Source: Reinekea blandensis MED297 (lineage in GTDB: Bacteria > Pseudomonadota > Gammaproteobacteria > Pseudomonadales > Natronospirillaceae). Taken from it: 46,775 nucleotides of DNA. Below the pieces are notes generated by a model. That model saw only the letters and a list, made by a program, of their open reading frames with translations. It did not search any database and was not told the origin of the DNA. Made by a program: the position numbers and the translations under genes. Of this stretch, positions 38,958 through 46,775 are shown piece by piece. Position 1 is the first letter of the stretch, and the number at the start of each line of letters is the position of its first letter. The stretch is from positions 29,678 to 76,452 of the forward strand of contig NZ_CH724155.1 of the NCBI RefSeq assembly GCF_000153185.1. Direction: 5' to 3'.

Positions 38958-39938
38958 TTAGGATTCAAACGGAAAAATGGGGCCGTGCTCGCGACGCAGG
39001 CTTTCCAGCAGTCGTGCCAGCTGCAGGCTGTCCTGCTGTGTGTGCACGGACGCTTCCAGATCGCCCGCGGCAATGTGCGTGTTGACCTGATCGAACTCGG
39101 TGCCCCAACCTCGATTCGGCAATGGAACATGCTCTGTTACCACCGGCTTACCCGCTTCACCCCAGTGCAGCGCATTACCGGCAAAAAATGGCGCTTCGAG
39201 TTCCACCCAACCTTTTGATCCGGAAATAGTCGCCTTCATCGGCATCATGGCATCGAATCGATACGACAGTGCTGCGCTGCGACCCTCACCAAACTCCAGA
39301 ATGACATCCGATGACAAATCCACACCCATTTCGCCGTGCGTCACAACGGCGGTTGTTTGCGTGGGCTCACCCATCAGTGCCATCGGTAAAAACAGGGTAT
39401 ACAACCCGATATCGAGTAAGGCACCGCCAGCATGCTCGGGATTTAACAACCGATGGCGGGTATCCGACAGGTCAATCGTAAAGGCAAAGTTCGCACTGAC
39501 ATGGCGAACATCTCCGATGCGGCCTTCGCGGAGCTGGCGAATCAGGCTTTGGTAAGTGGGTGAAAACTTGGTCCATAAGGCTTCTGCACAAAAACAGTTG
39601 TTTTGCCGGGCGGCATCAAAAACCGCGCGGGTCTGTGACTCGCTGAGCGCCATGGGTTTTTCGACGAGAACATGTTTGCCAGCCTGGAGCGCTTTGATCG
39701 CCTGAGGTGCATGATTCGGGTGAGTACTGGCAATGTACACGGCATCAATGGCGTCGCTGGCCAGCATTTGATCAAGATCGCTGTAAGCCGATTCCAGCTC
39801 ATGTTCACGGGCAAAGGTCTCGGCCCGCTCCTGATTGTGCGAGTACACCGCGGTGAATCGCCCTTGCGTACTGTTTTGGCAGTCTCGCAGAAAGAGACTG
39901 GCCATGTTGCCACTACCAACAACGGCCCATCGAATCAT
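38958..39938 (-). CDS. Gfo/Idh/MocA family oxidoreductase
   Basis: N-terminal Rossmann RWAVVGSGNMA and the EKP motif HVLVEKPMAL. Confidence 0.8.
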   Translation of the reverse strand: MIRWAVVGSGNMASLFLRDCQNSTQGRFTAVYSHNQERAETFAREHELESAYSDLDQMLASDAIDAVYIASTHPNHAPQAIKALQAGKHVLVEKPMALSESQTRAVFDAARQNNCFCAEALWTKFSPTYQSLIRQLREGRIGDVRHVSANFAFTIDLSDTRHRLLNPEHAGGALLDIGLYTLFLPMALMGEPTQTTAVVTHGEMGVDLSSDVILEFGEGRSAALSYRFDAMMPMKATISGSKGWVELEAPFFAGNALHWGEAGKPVVTEHVPLPNRGWGTEFDQVNTHIAAGDLEASVHTQQDSLQLARLLESLRREHGPIFPFES

Positions 39939-39955
39939 GTTGTCATCCCGTCAGA

Positions 39956-40423
39956 CTAGTGATCGTCCCCCATGGACGATGCCTCTAAAACCTGCATGAG
40001 TTCATGAATTTCCATGGGCTCAGGCGGTTGCCGGCTATGGTACACCAAACGACTTGGCGATTGCTGTCTGAGAAACCGGATCTGATCGCACAGGGCTTTA
40101 AAGTACTCGAGGTTTTCCGCTTCGCGTCCACCGAAAGCGATGACGACGGCCTCCGGGACAATGTCTTCATCGTTGATCGGATCACTGCGGCCCTGCTCGA
40201 GTGCACGTTGCGAAAGAAAATGGGGACTGCACATTGACCAGTGGTCTGGCATGTCCTGGCCACGCAAGCCTTCGGCAATGCGACGATCCAGGTCAACAAA
40301 CACCATGTCGGCGTCAGGGATCTCACCATAGAGATGATACTTGATGCCGTGTTCGCGCAACTGATGCAGCAAATACACCAGCGCGGGTGGAACCGGCAAA
40401 TGGCCGAAGATCGGATCAGACAT
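39956..40423 (-). CDS. Hypothetical protein
   Basis: 155-aa ORF with no recognised motif. Co-directional with the psp genes. Confidence 0.4.
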   Translation of the reverse strand: MSDPIFGHLPVPPALVYLLHQLREHGIKYHLYGEIPDADMVFVDLDRRIAEGLRGQDMPDHWSMCSPHFLSQRALEQGRSDPINDEDIVPEAVVIAFGGREAENLEYFKALCDQIRFLRQQSPSRLVYHSRQPPEPMEIHELMQVLEASSMGDDH

Positions 40424-40543
40424 CGTCCTGCCAGTGGGTCAGAAGTTCAGCAGGCAGTTTAGACCAACCTCACAAATCTGTATGCCCAGTAGATCCGACA
40501 GGTGACGACGCTATCGAGTTGTGCTTTTTACCTCAAAGCGGTC

Positions 40544-41059
40544 TTAACCGGGAATCGCATTGGCCAGAAACACACCGGCCCGCTCAACACGGGACTCCAT
40601 GCTCGGCTTATACAAAACCGACACCTTCACCCAACGGTTATCATCGAGCAAATACCAACGGTGCTGTTGTACACGAGACTCGGCGTCGAAAAAGGCATAT
40701 CGGGCGGCACGCTCACCGATCACCAGAGGCTCCTGAACCGCACCATTGACGGTACTGCGATCCTGCTCTGCAGCCTCACGAACCAGCGCTTCAAAGGTGC
40801 CGTCGAGCGTGTCGCTCTGCACCAGGAATGACATGCGCTTACGCGTCAGACCCCAGGCCTGTGGGTTGCTGTCTGACTGAACCTCAGGCTCGGCTTCCCA
40901 TTGCACGGTAAAACCGTTCACCGGTTGCTGAACGATGTACTCCGGTTCGGGTGTCGTGCGTACCCGGGTCGGCCATTGCACGTAGAGAAAGCCCAGAACC
41001 ATCACAATGACGACCCAGCCGGTCGGTTCTTTCAGTAATCGGGGAACGGTAAACGCCAT
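40544..41059 (-). CDS. Hypothetical membrane-anchored protein
   Basis: N-terminal TM (WVVIVMVLGFLYV) followed by a soluble domain. 80 bp downstream of pspC on the same strand. Confidence 0.45.
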   Translation of the reverse strand: MAFTVPRLLKEPTGWVVIVMVLGFLYVQWPTRVRTTPEPEYIVQQPVNGFTVQWEAEPEVQSDSNPQAWGLTRKRMSFLVQSDTLDGTFEALVREAAEQDRSTVNGAVQEPLVIGERAARYAFFDAESRVQQHRWYLLDDNRWVKVSVLYKPSMESRVERAGVFLANAIPG

Positions 41060-41138
41060 GAACTCACACCAGAAATCGAGGAGGCGAAAGTATACAGGGG
41101 AAGTTATTTAAGGGCACCCGGTGAGCCGGCGAACCGGC

Positions 41139-41630
41139 TCAATCCTGTATTTTTGAAAACTCGCGATCCAGCTCAAACCGCTTGGATGTCACGTAACGCT
41201 CCATACGTCCGACGCGATCCACGACTTCGTTCATTCGCTCCTTGGCGGTGTCCAGTCGATCGCTGGCACTGCCCTGATAACGAAACATATTGACTGGTCG
41301 ATCCTGGTGCAGGTTTTCATCATAACGATAACGCTGATGAATCACCGAGCCTTTCGGCCGAGGTGCCATGGCAAACCAAGCGCCAATGTAGGCCCACACC
41401 ATCAACATGTTAAAGAAGAAAAAACCGCCAACGGTAATCAGGCGCACGACCCAAGGCTCAACATTAAAGTGATCGGCCAGGCCAGCACAGACACCGGCCA
41501 CCTTTTTGTCTCGCGTATTGCGATAAAGGTTCATACCAAACCCTTGTCGGCGGCGTTCCCACCAGTCTTCCGGTGAGTAGGGATCCGGTCGGTGCCGGCG
41601 CGCACGTCGATCCTGTTTTGAGTAACTCAT
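41139..41630 (-). CDS. pspC: Phage shock protein C
   Basis: PspC domain (LYRNTRDKKVAGVCAGLADHFNVEPWVVRLI) followed by a TM. Confidence 0.8.
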   Translation of the reverse strand: MSYSKQDRRARRHRPDPYSPEDWWERRRQGFGMNLYRNTRDKKVAGVCAGLADHFNVEPWVVRLITVGGFFFFNMLMVWAYIGAWFAMAPRPKGSVIHQRYRYDENLHQDRPVNMFRYQGSASDRLDTAKERMNEVVDRVGRMERYVTSKRFELDREFSKIQD

Positions 41631-41639
41631 ATCGCCTCC

Positions 41640-41882
41640 TTACTCCCGAGTCGCATCACGGCGCCAGCGCGGGTTCCGTTCATCGAGTATGGACTCCAGT
41701 GCTTCCATCCGATCGGCCAGAGAGTCCAAGGTTCTGAGCAAATCGTCCAGGGTCGCCTGATCACTGTCACTCAGACCCCGACTGGTTTTGCTTTTATGTT
41801 TGTAGTGCATGACCAGCCAGATCGGCATGACCACGACCATAAACAAAATGGTCGGCACAAATAGAAATTCGAAAAATTGCAT
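41640..41882 (-). CDS. pspB: Phage shock protein B
   Basis: 80 aa. N-terminal TM then LSDSDQATLDDLLRTLDSLADRMEALESIL, matching the PspB leucine-zipper-like region. Confidence 0.8.
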   Translation of the reverse strand: MQFFEFLFVPTILFMVVVMPIWLVMHYKHKSKTSRGLSDSDQATLDDLLRTLDSLADRMEALESILDERNPRWRRDATRE

Positions 41883-41970
41883 AACTGTCTCCTGTTAAAA
41901 CAGCTTCGCACCAAGGGTCCGAAGCTGTATGTCCTGTTATCGCCGGCTGCGAGCCATCGTACCGAGGCGA

Positions 41971-42648
41971 TCAGTCGTCCTTCTTAGGAGACAGGTCAGC
42001 TTTCAATCGTTCCAGTTCGGCATTGATTGAATCATCCTGTGCCAGTGAATCAATTTCATTTTTCAATGACTGCTTCACATCGCGACCCAGATCTTCCGCT
42101 TCCAGCTGACTTTCCATGTTATCCATCCGGCGCTCGTAGTGCTCGAACTTTTCAAAGGCATCGTTGAGCGCGTCCTTGTTCAGTTGCGACCGTGTTTTCA
42201 TCCGCGTTGATACGGTTTTCTGTCGCATCATCATGGTTTTCTGCTTCGCTTTGGCATCGTTCAGTTTGGTCTGCAGCTGAGCGATTTCTTCAGACAAGTG
42301 CGCCAAATGATCGTCGAGAGCATTAAACTCCTGCTCGACCACTTTGATTTCATCCAGCAGACCTTGCTTTTCAGACAAGGCCGCCCGGGCGAGATCTTCA
42401 CGACCTTTTTCCAGAGCCAGTCGCGCTTTGCCTTCCCAGTCATCGGCTTCGGATTGCAACCGGTCCAGACGACGTTGCGCGTCTTTCTTATCGGCGATGA
42501 CCCGGGCCGAACTGGAACGGACTTCCACCAAAGTTTCTTCCATTTCCTGAATGATCAGGCGAATCATTTTTTCCGGATCTTCCGCACGATCCAGAATCGC
42601 GTTGAGGTTACTGTTAATGATGTCGCTTAAACGTGAAAAAATACCCAT
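41971..42648 (-). CDS. pspA: Phage shock protein A (IM30/ESCRT-III-like)
   Basis: MGIFSRLSDIINSNLNAILDRAEDPEKMIRLIIQEMEETLVEVR is near-identical in pattern to the E. coli PspA N-terminus. 225-aa coiled coil. Confidence 0.92.
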   Translation of the reverse strand: MGIFSRLSDIINSNLNAILDRAEDPEKMIRLIIQEMEETLVEVRSSSARVIADKKDAQRRLDRLQSEADDWEGKARLALEKGREDLARAALSEKQGLLDEIKVVEQEFNALDDHLAHLSEEIAQLQTKLNDAKAKQKTMMMRQKTVSTRMKTRSQLNKDALNDAFEKFEHYERRMDNMESQLEAEDLGRDVKQSLKNEIDSLAQDDSINAELERLKADLSPKKDD

Positions 42649-42694
42649 TGTCTTTCTCCTGCGATAAATAAAAGTCAGTCGGTTCCGCGTCCGT

Positions 42695-42853
42695 CTACAG
42701 GCGTTTCAGCCAGCGGGACACCGATTCAAGCACCAGGGCACTGAGACCAAAGCCAAGAATGCCTGCCCACACCACGGTCACGGTTGCCAACGCGCTGTTC
42801 AGCGTGATCAACCCGAGATAGAGCGGTGCGCGATCGGATACATTGATAAGTTC
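42695..42853 (-). CDS. Small (52 aa) single-TM protein encoded between the sigma-54 promoter and pspA
   Basis: ATG at 42853 preceded by a perfect AGGAGG with 7-nt spacing. Hydrophobic core LGLITLNSALATVTVVWAGILGFGLSALVL. It lies about 30 nt downstream of the predicted -12 element. Confidence 0.5.
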   Translation of the reverse strand, partial: ELINVSDRAPLYLGLITLNSALATVTVVWAGILGFGLSALVLESVSRWLKRL

Positions 42854-42893
42854 CATTTTCAAACCTCCTGATGAGTGTTCTTGATATTCCTTT

Positions 42894-42909
42894 ATCAGGA
42901 TCCGTGCCA
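42894..42909 (-). promoter_or_regulatory. Sigma-54 (-24/-12) promoter candidate for the psp operon
   Basis: The minus-strand sequence TGGCACGGATCCTGAT has a perfect -24 TGGCAC(G) and an imperfect -12 element with correct spacing. It lies between the divergent pspF and the psp operon. Confidence 0.5.
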
Positions 42910-43026
42910 TTTCTTTAACTCATTGATTTAAAAGGACTTATTAAACAAATGACCTATAGCCCATCGTATTGACTGAGCAAACTGACTATATTGTTTAGCC
43001 AATTCAGCGAAACAAGGTCGCGACCG

Positions 43027-44028
43027 ATGTCCCGGAACCAACCGCAGCGCCTCATTGGCGAAAGCAGCGCCCTGTCCGATGTGCTGGATCAGGTCTCGCA
43101 GGTCGCCCCGTTAAACCGTCCGGTACTGATCATCGGTGAACGAGGTACCGGTAAAGAGTTGATTGCCGAGCGCCTTCATTTCCTGTCGTCCCGATGGGAG
43201 CAACCCTTCCTGAAGGTCAACTGCGGCGCCATCAGTGAATCTTTGCTGGACGCCGATCTGTTCGGCTATGAACCCGGCGCGTTCACCGGCGCTAACCGTG
43301 TCCATAAAGGACGTTTCGAGCGCGCGGATGAGGGCACACTGTTTCTGGACGAGTTGGGCAATATGTCCCAGGCCCTGCAGGAAAAACTGCTGCGCATCAT
43401 CGAGTACGGCGAGTTTGAACGCCTCGGTGGACAGAAAACGCTGCATGCGAACGTCCGCATCGTTGCGGCAACCAATGAAAACCTGCCGAAGCTGGCGCGG
43501 GAAGGTCGTTTTCGTGAAGACTTATTGGACCGCTTAGCCTTCGATGTGCTGACCTTGCCACCCCTGCGCTCACGCGATAACGACATCGAACGGTTGGCGG
43601 AACACTTTGCGATCGCCATGAGCATTGAGCTGGGCTGGGAAGACTTCCCAGGCTTTACCGACCGAGCATTGGCGCAATTAGCCGCACACCCATTTCACGG
43701 TAACGTACGTGAGTTGAAAAACGTCATTGAGCGTAGTGTGTACCGATGGGGCATTCCGGCTGAGCCGATTGACCATCTGGTGATTGATCCGTTTGACTCG
43801 CCGTGGGCACCGGCCTCATCGTCCACCGCGGAACAACAAGGCATCCCGATGAGCATTGATCCGGCACTGGGGTTCAGTGAACAGGTGGCCCGCTATGAGG
43901 TTCACCTGCTGAAGCAAGCGCTCGACCAAAACGATGAACATCAGGGTAAAGCCGCTGAGGCACTAGGGCTGACCTATCATCAGTTTCGCAGTCAGTTGAA
44001 AAAGCATGGGTTGATTGGGGTTAAGTAG
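43027..44028 (+). CDS. pspF: Psp operon transcriptional activator, sigma-54-dependent enhancer-binding protein lacking a regulatory N-domain
   Basis: Collinear with E. coli PspF from the first residues (LIGESSALSDVLDQVS.., VLIIGERGTGKELIA, GAFTGA, the GAFTGA-containing loop, FLDELG, and a C-terminal HTH AAEALGLTYHQFRSQLKKHGL). Confidence 0.9.
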   Translation: MSRNQPQRLIGESSALSDVLDQVSQVAPLNRPVLIIGERGTGKELIAERLHFLSSRWEQPFLKVNCGAISESLLDADLFGYEPGAFTGANRVHKGRFERADEGTLFLDELGNMSQALQEKLLRIIEYGEFERLGGQKTLHANVRIVAATNENLPKLAREGRFREDLLDRLAFDVLTLPPLRSRDNDIERLAEHFAIAMSIELGWEDFPGFTDRALAQLAAHPFHGNVRELKNVIERSVYRWGIPAEPIDHLVIDPFDSPWAPASSSTAEQQGIPMSIDPALGFSEQVARYEVHLLKQALDQNDEHQGKAAEALGLTYHQFRSQLKKHGLIGVK

Positions 44029-44050
44029 CTGCAAGCTGCAAGCTGCAAGT
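44029..44050. repeat. Short tandem repeat (GCAAGCT)x3
   Basis: tagCTGCAAGCTGCAAGCTGCAAGtg immediately after the pspF stop codon. Confidence 0.6.
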
Positions 44051-44287
44051 GTTCAGAGTGGTAGAGGTTCACCTCTTATCAATCCGTAATCCATATCCAT
44101 TTTTTCATTCTGGTCACGGGCTTTACGAGGCCACAATTCAGAAAGATGTCAATGTCCCACTTGCCGCTAACATCTTGCCACTAACCGCTAAAAAAGCATT
44201 TCGGTTTTTTCACCGACCAAAGTCCAATTGAGGCATCTGGCAAAAACCCGGTTAATGACAGCAACGCATCCTAACCGGAGACCGCTC

Positions 44288-44629
44288 ATGCCGATGCAAC
44301 GCATCTTCCCAACCACCATTCTGACGCTGTTATGCCTGTTTGCCGCTGGGTTATGGCTGCAATCGCCTTATCAGTTATGGATTCTCATGGCACTGCTGGG
44401 TCTGGTGACCGGAACGGTCTTTCTGACCGGCCAACGTCATGTCATTACCGGTTTCGGACTGGGCATTGCGATTACATTGTTACGCGAAATAGGCATGTAT
44501 GGGCCGGGCATTATCGAAGTCACCGGTTTGGTATACGCTGCTGGCTATCTGTTTGCCGTGGCGACAACCATCAGCATGCGCACGCTTCGGGTCAAGTTCA
44601 GCCGCCGCCAAGCGATCCGGACCGGTTAA
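44288..44629 (+). CDS. Hypothetical small membrane protein (3 TM)
   Basis: ATG at 44288 after GGAGA. Hydrophobic segments TTILTLLCLFAAGLWL, LWILMALLGLVTGTVFL and GLVYAAGYLFAVATTI. Confidence 0.45.
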   Translation: MPMQRIFPTTILTLLCLFAAGLWLQSPYQLWILMALLGLVTGTVFLTGQRHVITGFGLGIAITLLREIGMYGPGIIEVTGLVYAAGYLFAVATTISMRTLRVKFSRRQAIRTG

Positions 44630-44650
44630 CCCCGCAGGTTCATCTCACCA

Positions 44651-44680
44651 AAAAAAACGCCGGTCTTAACCGGCGTTTTT
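44651..44680. terminator. Bidirectional rho-independent terminator
   Basis: AAAAAAA-AACGCCGG-tcttaa-CCGGCGTT-TTT has a perfect 8-bp stem flanked by an A-run and a T-run. It serves the convergent + gene (ends 44629) and glnB (ends 44706). Confidence 0.75.
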
Positions 44681-44705
44681 CATGAGCGCTGAACAGAGTA
44701 TCGAG

Positions 44706-45077
<372 letters not shown>

Positions 45078-45123
45078 TTAACGCCGGACCGGGTCAATGC
45101 CCCGGCCGTTATTCTTTGATGCT

Positions 45124-45681
45124 TCAGACTTCGGAAGATGACCGTACGACCTTATCGACAATGCCGTATTCAATGGCTTCATCGGTGGTCATCCAGTTGT
45201 CTCGCTCGATATCTTTGCGAACACGATCAATGGGCTGGCCGGTCTGCTCTGAAATGATTCGGGCCAACCGCTCGCGCATGCGAATGATCTGCTCGGCCTG
45301 AATCGCAATGTCGCTGGCCTGGCCACCCACACCACCGGATGGCTGATGAATCAGGAAACGCGTGTTCGGCAAGCAGTAACGGTCCCCTTTGTCGGCGGCG
45401 AGGAAAATGTGCGTCCCCGCGCTGGCAACATAACCGGTACCAACCACTTTCACGCGCGGTGCAATAAATTGAATGATGTCATGAATGGTATCGCCGGCTT
45501 CGACGTGACCGCCCTGGCTGTTGATAAACAGAACAATGTCATCATCGGACTCTTCAGCCAACGCCAGCAACTGCGCGGTGACCTTTTTGGCCATTTCCTG
45601 ATTGATCTCTTCGCAGATCAGAACTTTTCGACCGCTGAACAAACGTTCACTGACCGGGTCCTGGCTTTTCTCGTCTTTCAC
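45124..45681 (-). CDS. ClpP-family serine protease paralog (short form, 185 aa)
   Basis: ClpP fold motifs with an intact triad. Ser is in GYVASAG, His in FLIHQPSGG and Asp in IERDNWMT. It is shorter than canonical ClpP and not next to clpX or tig. Confidence 0.8.
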   Translation of the reverse strand: MKDEKSQDPVSERLFSGRKVLICEEINQEMAKKVTAQLLALAEESDDDIVLFINSQGGHVEAGDTIHDIIQFIAPRVKVVGTGYVASAGTHIFLAADKGDRYCLPNTRFLIHQPSGGVGGQASDIAIQAEQIIRMRERLARIISEQTGQPIDRVRKDIERDNWMTTDEAIEYGIVDKVVRSSSEV

Positions 45682-45973
45682 AGGCGTCTCCTTATCTGAA
45701 TCCCTGTAACGGATGGGTTATCTGAGTATAGACAGACATGGTCGACTGAATCTATACACATTGAACGAACGTTGAGGCAACTGGTCATTGCAAAAATGGA
45801 ATGCCATCAACGGATTTAACTAACTCATTGAAAAAACTGATAAATTTTGACCTGCTCAATTACAGCGCAAAAACAGGTAACGCCCACCAGAGCTCACTCT
45901 CAGCCATCTGCAAAGATGTTATTCAAAGAGTTATCCACAGTTAATGTGGATGACTCGGTGCAAGGCCGATCGC

Positions 45974-46775
45974 TCAGGACGCGTCCTCATCGAACGCTTC
46001 CAGCGCTTCCTGCGCCTGCATCCAGACCTCTTCCCAATGGCTCAGTTCCTGACTGAGTTCGCCCTGGCTCTTCAGCAAAGTCTGAAGCTGATCTTTGTTC
46101 TCGGCTTCATATAAGGTGGTATCACCGAGACGATTTTCAATCTCTGTCAGCTGACTCTGAAGCGCTTCCATCTGTTTTTCGGCCTTGCGAATGTCATCAC
46201 GCAACGGTTTCAGCTTCTGTCGCTGTTCGGCACGAGCCTGCCGCTGAGCTTTTTTATCCACACTGCCAGCGTCGGCTTCCGGACGCGCCTCTGACCGGGT
46301 TGCCGGCGCTTTAAGCAGTTCCTGGAAATAATCCGCCAGATCGCCGCGATAGGACTCCACCCGACCATGACGAACCCACCAGAACTCTTCCGCCGTTGCG
46401 TTTAACAGGTAGCGATCGTGCGAAACAAGAATGACCGCGCCCTCGTATTGCTGCAGGGAAAAGTTCAGCGACTCCCGCATTTCCAGATCGAGGTGGTTGG
46501 TCGGTTCGTCGAGCAGCAACAGGTTCGGTTTCTGCCAGGCAATCATCGCCAGCGCCACCCGGGCTTTTTCACCACCGGAAAAATGCGCCACCGGCTCTTC
46601 ACTGCGGTCCCCGGAAAAACCAAACCGACCGATGAAGTTGCGGATTTCCTGATCCCGAACGTTTGGATCCAAACGTCGGATGTGCAGAAACGGACTTGCC
46701 TGCGGGTCCAGAGACTCCAGTTGATGCTGAGCAAAGTACCCGACTTTCATGTTCTGACCGCGGTGGATGTGACCC
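45974..46775 (-). CDS. ABC-F family ATPase (Uup/YheS-like), 5'-truncated by the window edge
   Basis: Second ABC domain signature FSGGEKARVALA, Walker B LLLLDEPTNHLD, H-loop VSHDRYL, then a C-terminal charged coiled-coil tail typical of ABC-F proteins. The ORF runs off the end of the window. Confidence 0.8.
   Translation of the reverse strand, partial: GHIHRGQNMKVGYFAQHQLESLDPQASPFLHIRRLDPNVRDQEIRNFIGRFGFSGDRSEEPVAHFSGGEKARVALAMIAWQKPNLLLLDEPTNHLDLEMRESLNFSLQQYEGAVILVSHDRYLLNATAEEFWWVRHGRVESYRGDLADYFQELLKAPATRSEARPEADAGSVDKKAQRQARAEQRQKLKPLRDDIRKAEKQMEALQSQLTEIENRLGDTTLYEAENKDQLQTLLKSQGELSQELSHWEEVWMQAQEALEAFDEDAS

Noticed and set aside
41100-41140. Hairpin GAGCCGG-cgaa-CCGGCTC after pspC considered as a terminator
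   Set aside because: On the minus-strand transcript it is not followed by a U-run. It is T-rich only in the + orientation, where there is no upstream gene to terminate. At most it is a weak or RNA-stability element.
42854-42910. Longer version of the small ORF upstream of pspA starting at MARILIKEY...
   Set aside because: The extension would run through the predicted sigma-54 -12/-24 element. Its internal SSGGLK codons are simply the AGGAGG Shine-Dalgarno of the shorter ORF.

Overview
This is a 46.8-kb chromosomal window from a gamma-proteobacterium-like genome. That assignment rests on the gene repertoire and on close protein-level resemblance to E. coli/Pseudomonas Ndh, SelO, PspFABC, GlnB, ClpP, PdxJ and LeuA. 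About 45 protein-coding genes are supported. I saw no rRNA, tRNA, CRISPR array, IS element or integrase.

Housekeeping and metabolic genes:
- ndh (type-II NADH dehydrogenase), selO, long-form leuA with a divergent lrp, lspA, pdxJ, a P-II glnB/glnK homolog, a short ClpP paralog, and a partial ABC-F ATPase at the 3' edge.
- An EAL phosphodiesterase with a CSS-motif sensor, an MCP, GNAT, GST, GFA, FAH, a GH3 beta-glucosidase with its TetR regulator, HAD, a Gfo/Idh/MocA oxidoreductase, and a PagL-like lipid A deacylase.

Two envelope-stress loci that both use PspA/IM30-family proteins:
- A canonical psp locus, pspF divergent from (small ORF)-pspA-pspB-pspC, with a recognisable sigma-54 -24/-12 element in front of the small ORF.
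- An unusual nine-gene minus-strand operon at about 20.6-30.9 kb. In transcription order it encodes a YjfI-like (DUF2170) protein, a YjfJ-like PspA/IM30 paralog, a TerB-like mini-protein, a small hypothetical, a YqiJ/NfeD-like membrane protein, a 663-aa flotillin (SPFH) with a long coiled-coil tail, a 1743-aa protein carrying a C-terminal AAA_5 (MoxR/dynein-like) ATPase domain, and a small membrane protein.

That operon is read divergently from a 1045-aa SF1 (Upf1/DNA2-like) helicase. The shared promoter region is packed with perfect nested palindromes. This gene set is the strongest candidate in the window for an undescribed system. It could be a membrane-remodelling or repair module built on ESCRT-III-like plus flotillin plus a giant AAA ATPase, or a defence module. 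All functional assignments for it are inference from motifs.

Other oddities are a MORN-repeat/C13-peptidase fusion protein, a LemA protein fused to a duplicated membrane domain, and a ClpP paralog directly upstream of an orphan P-II gene.
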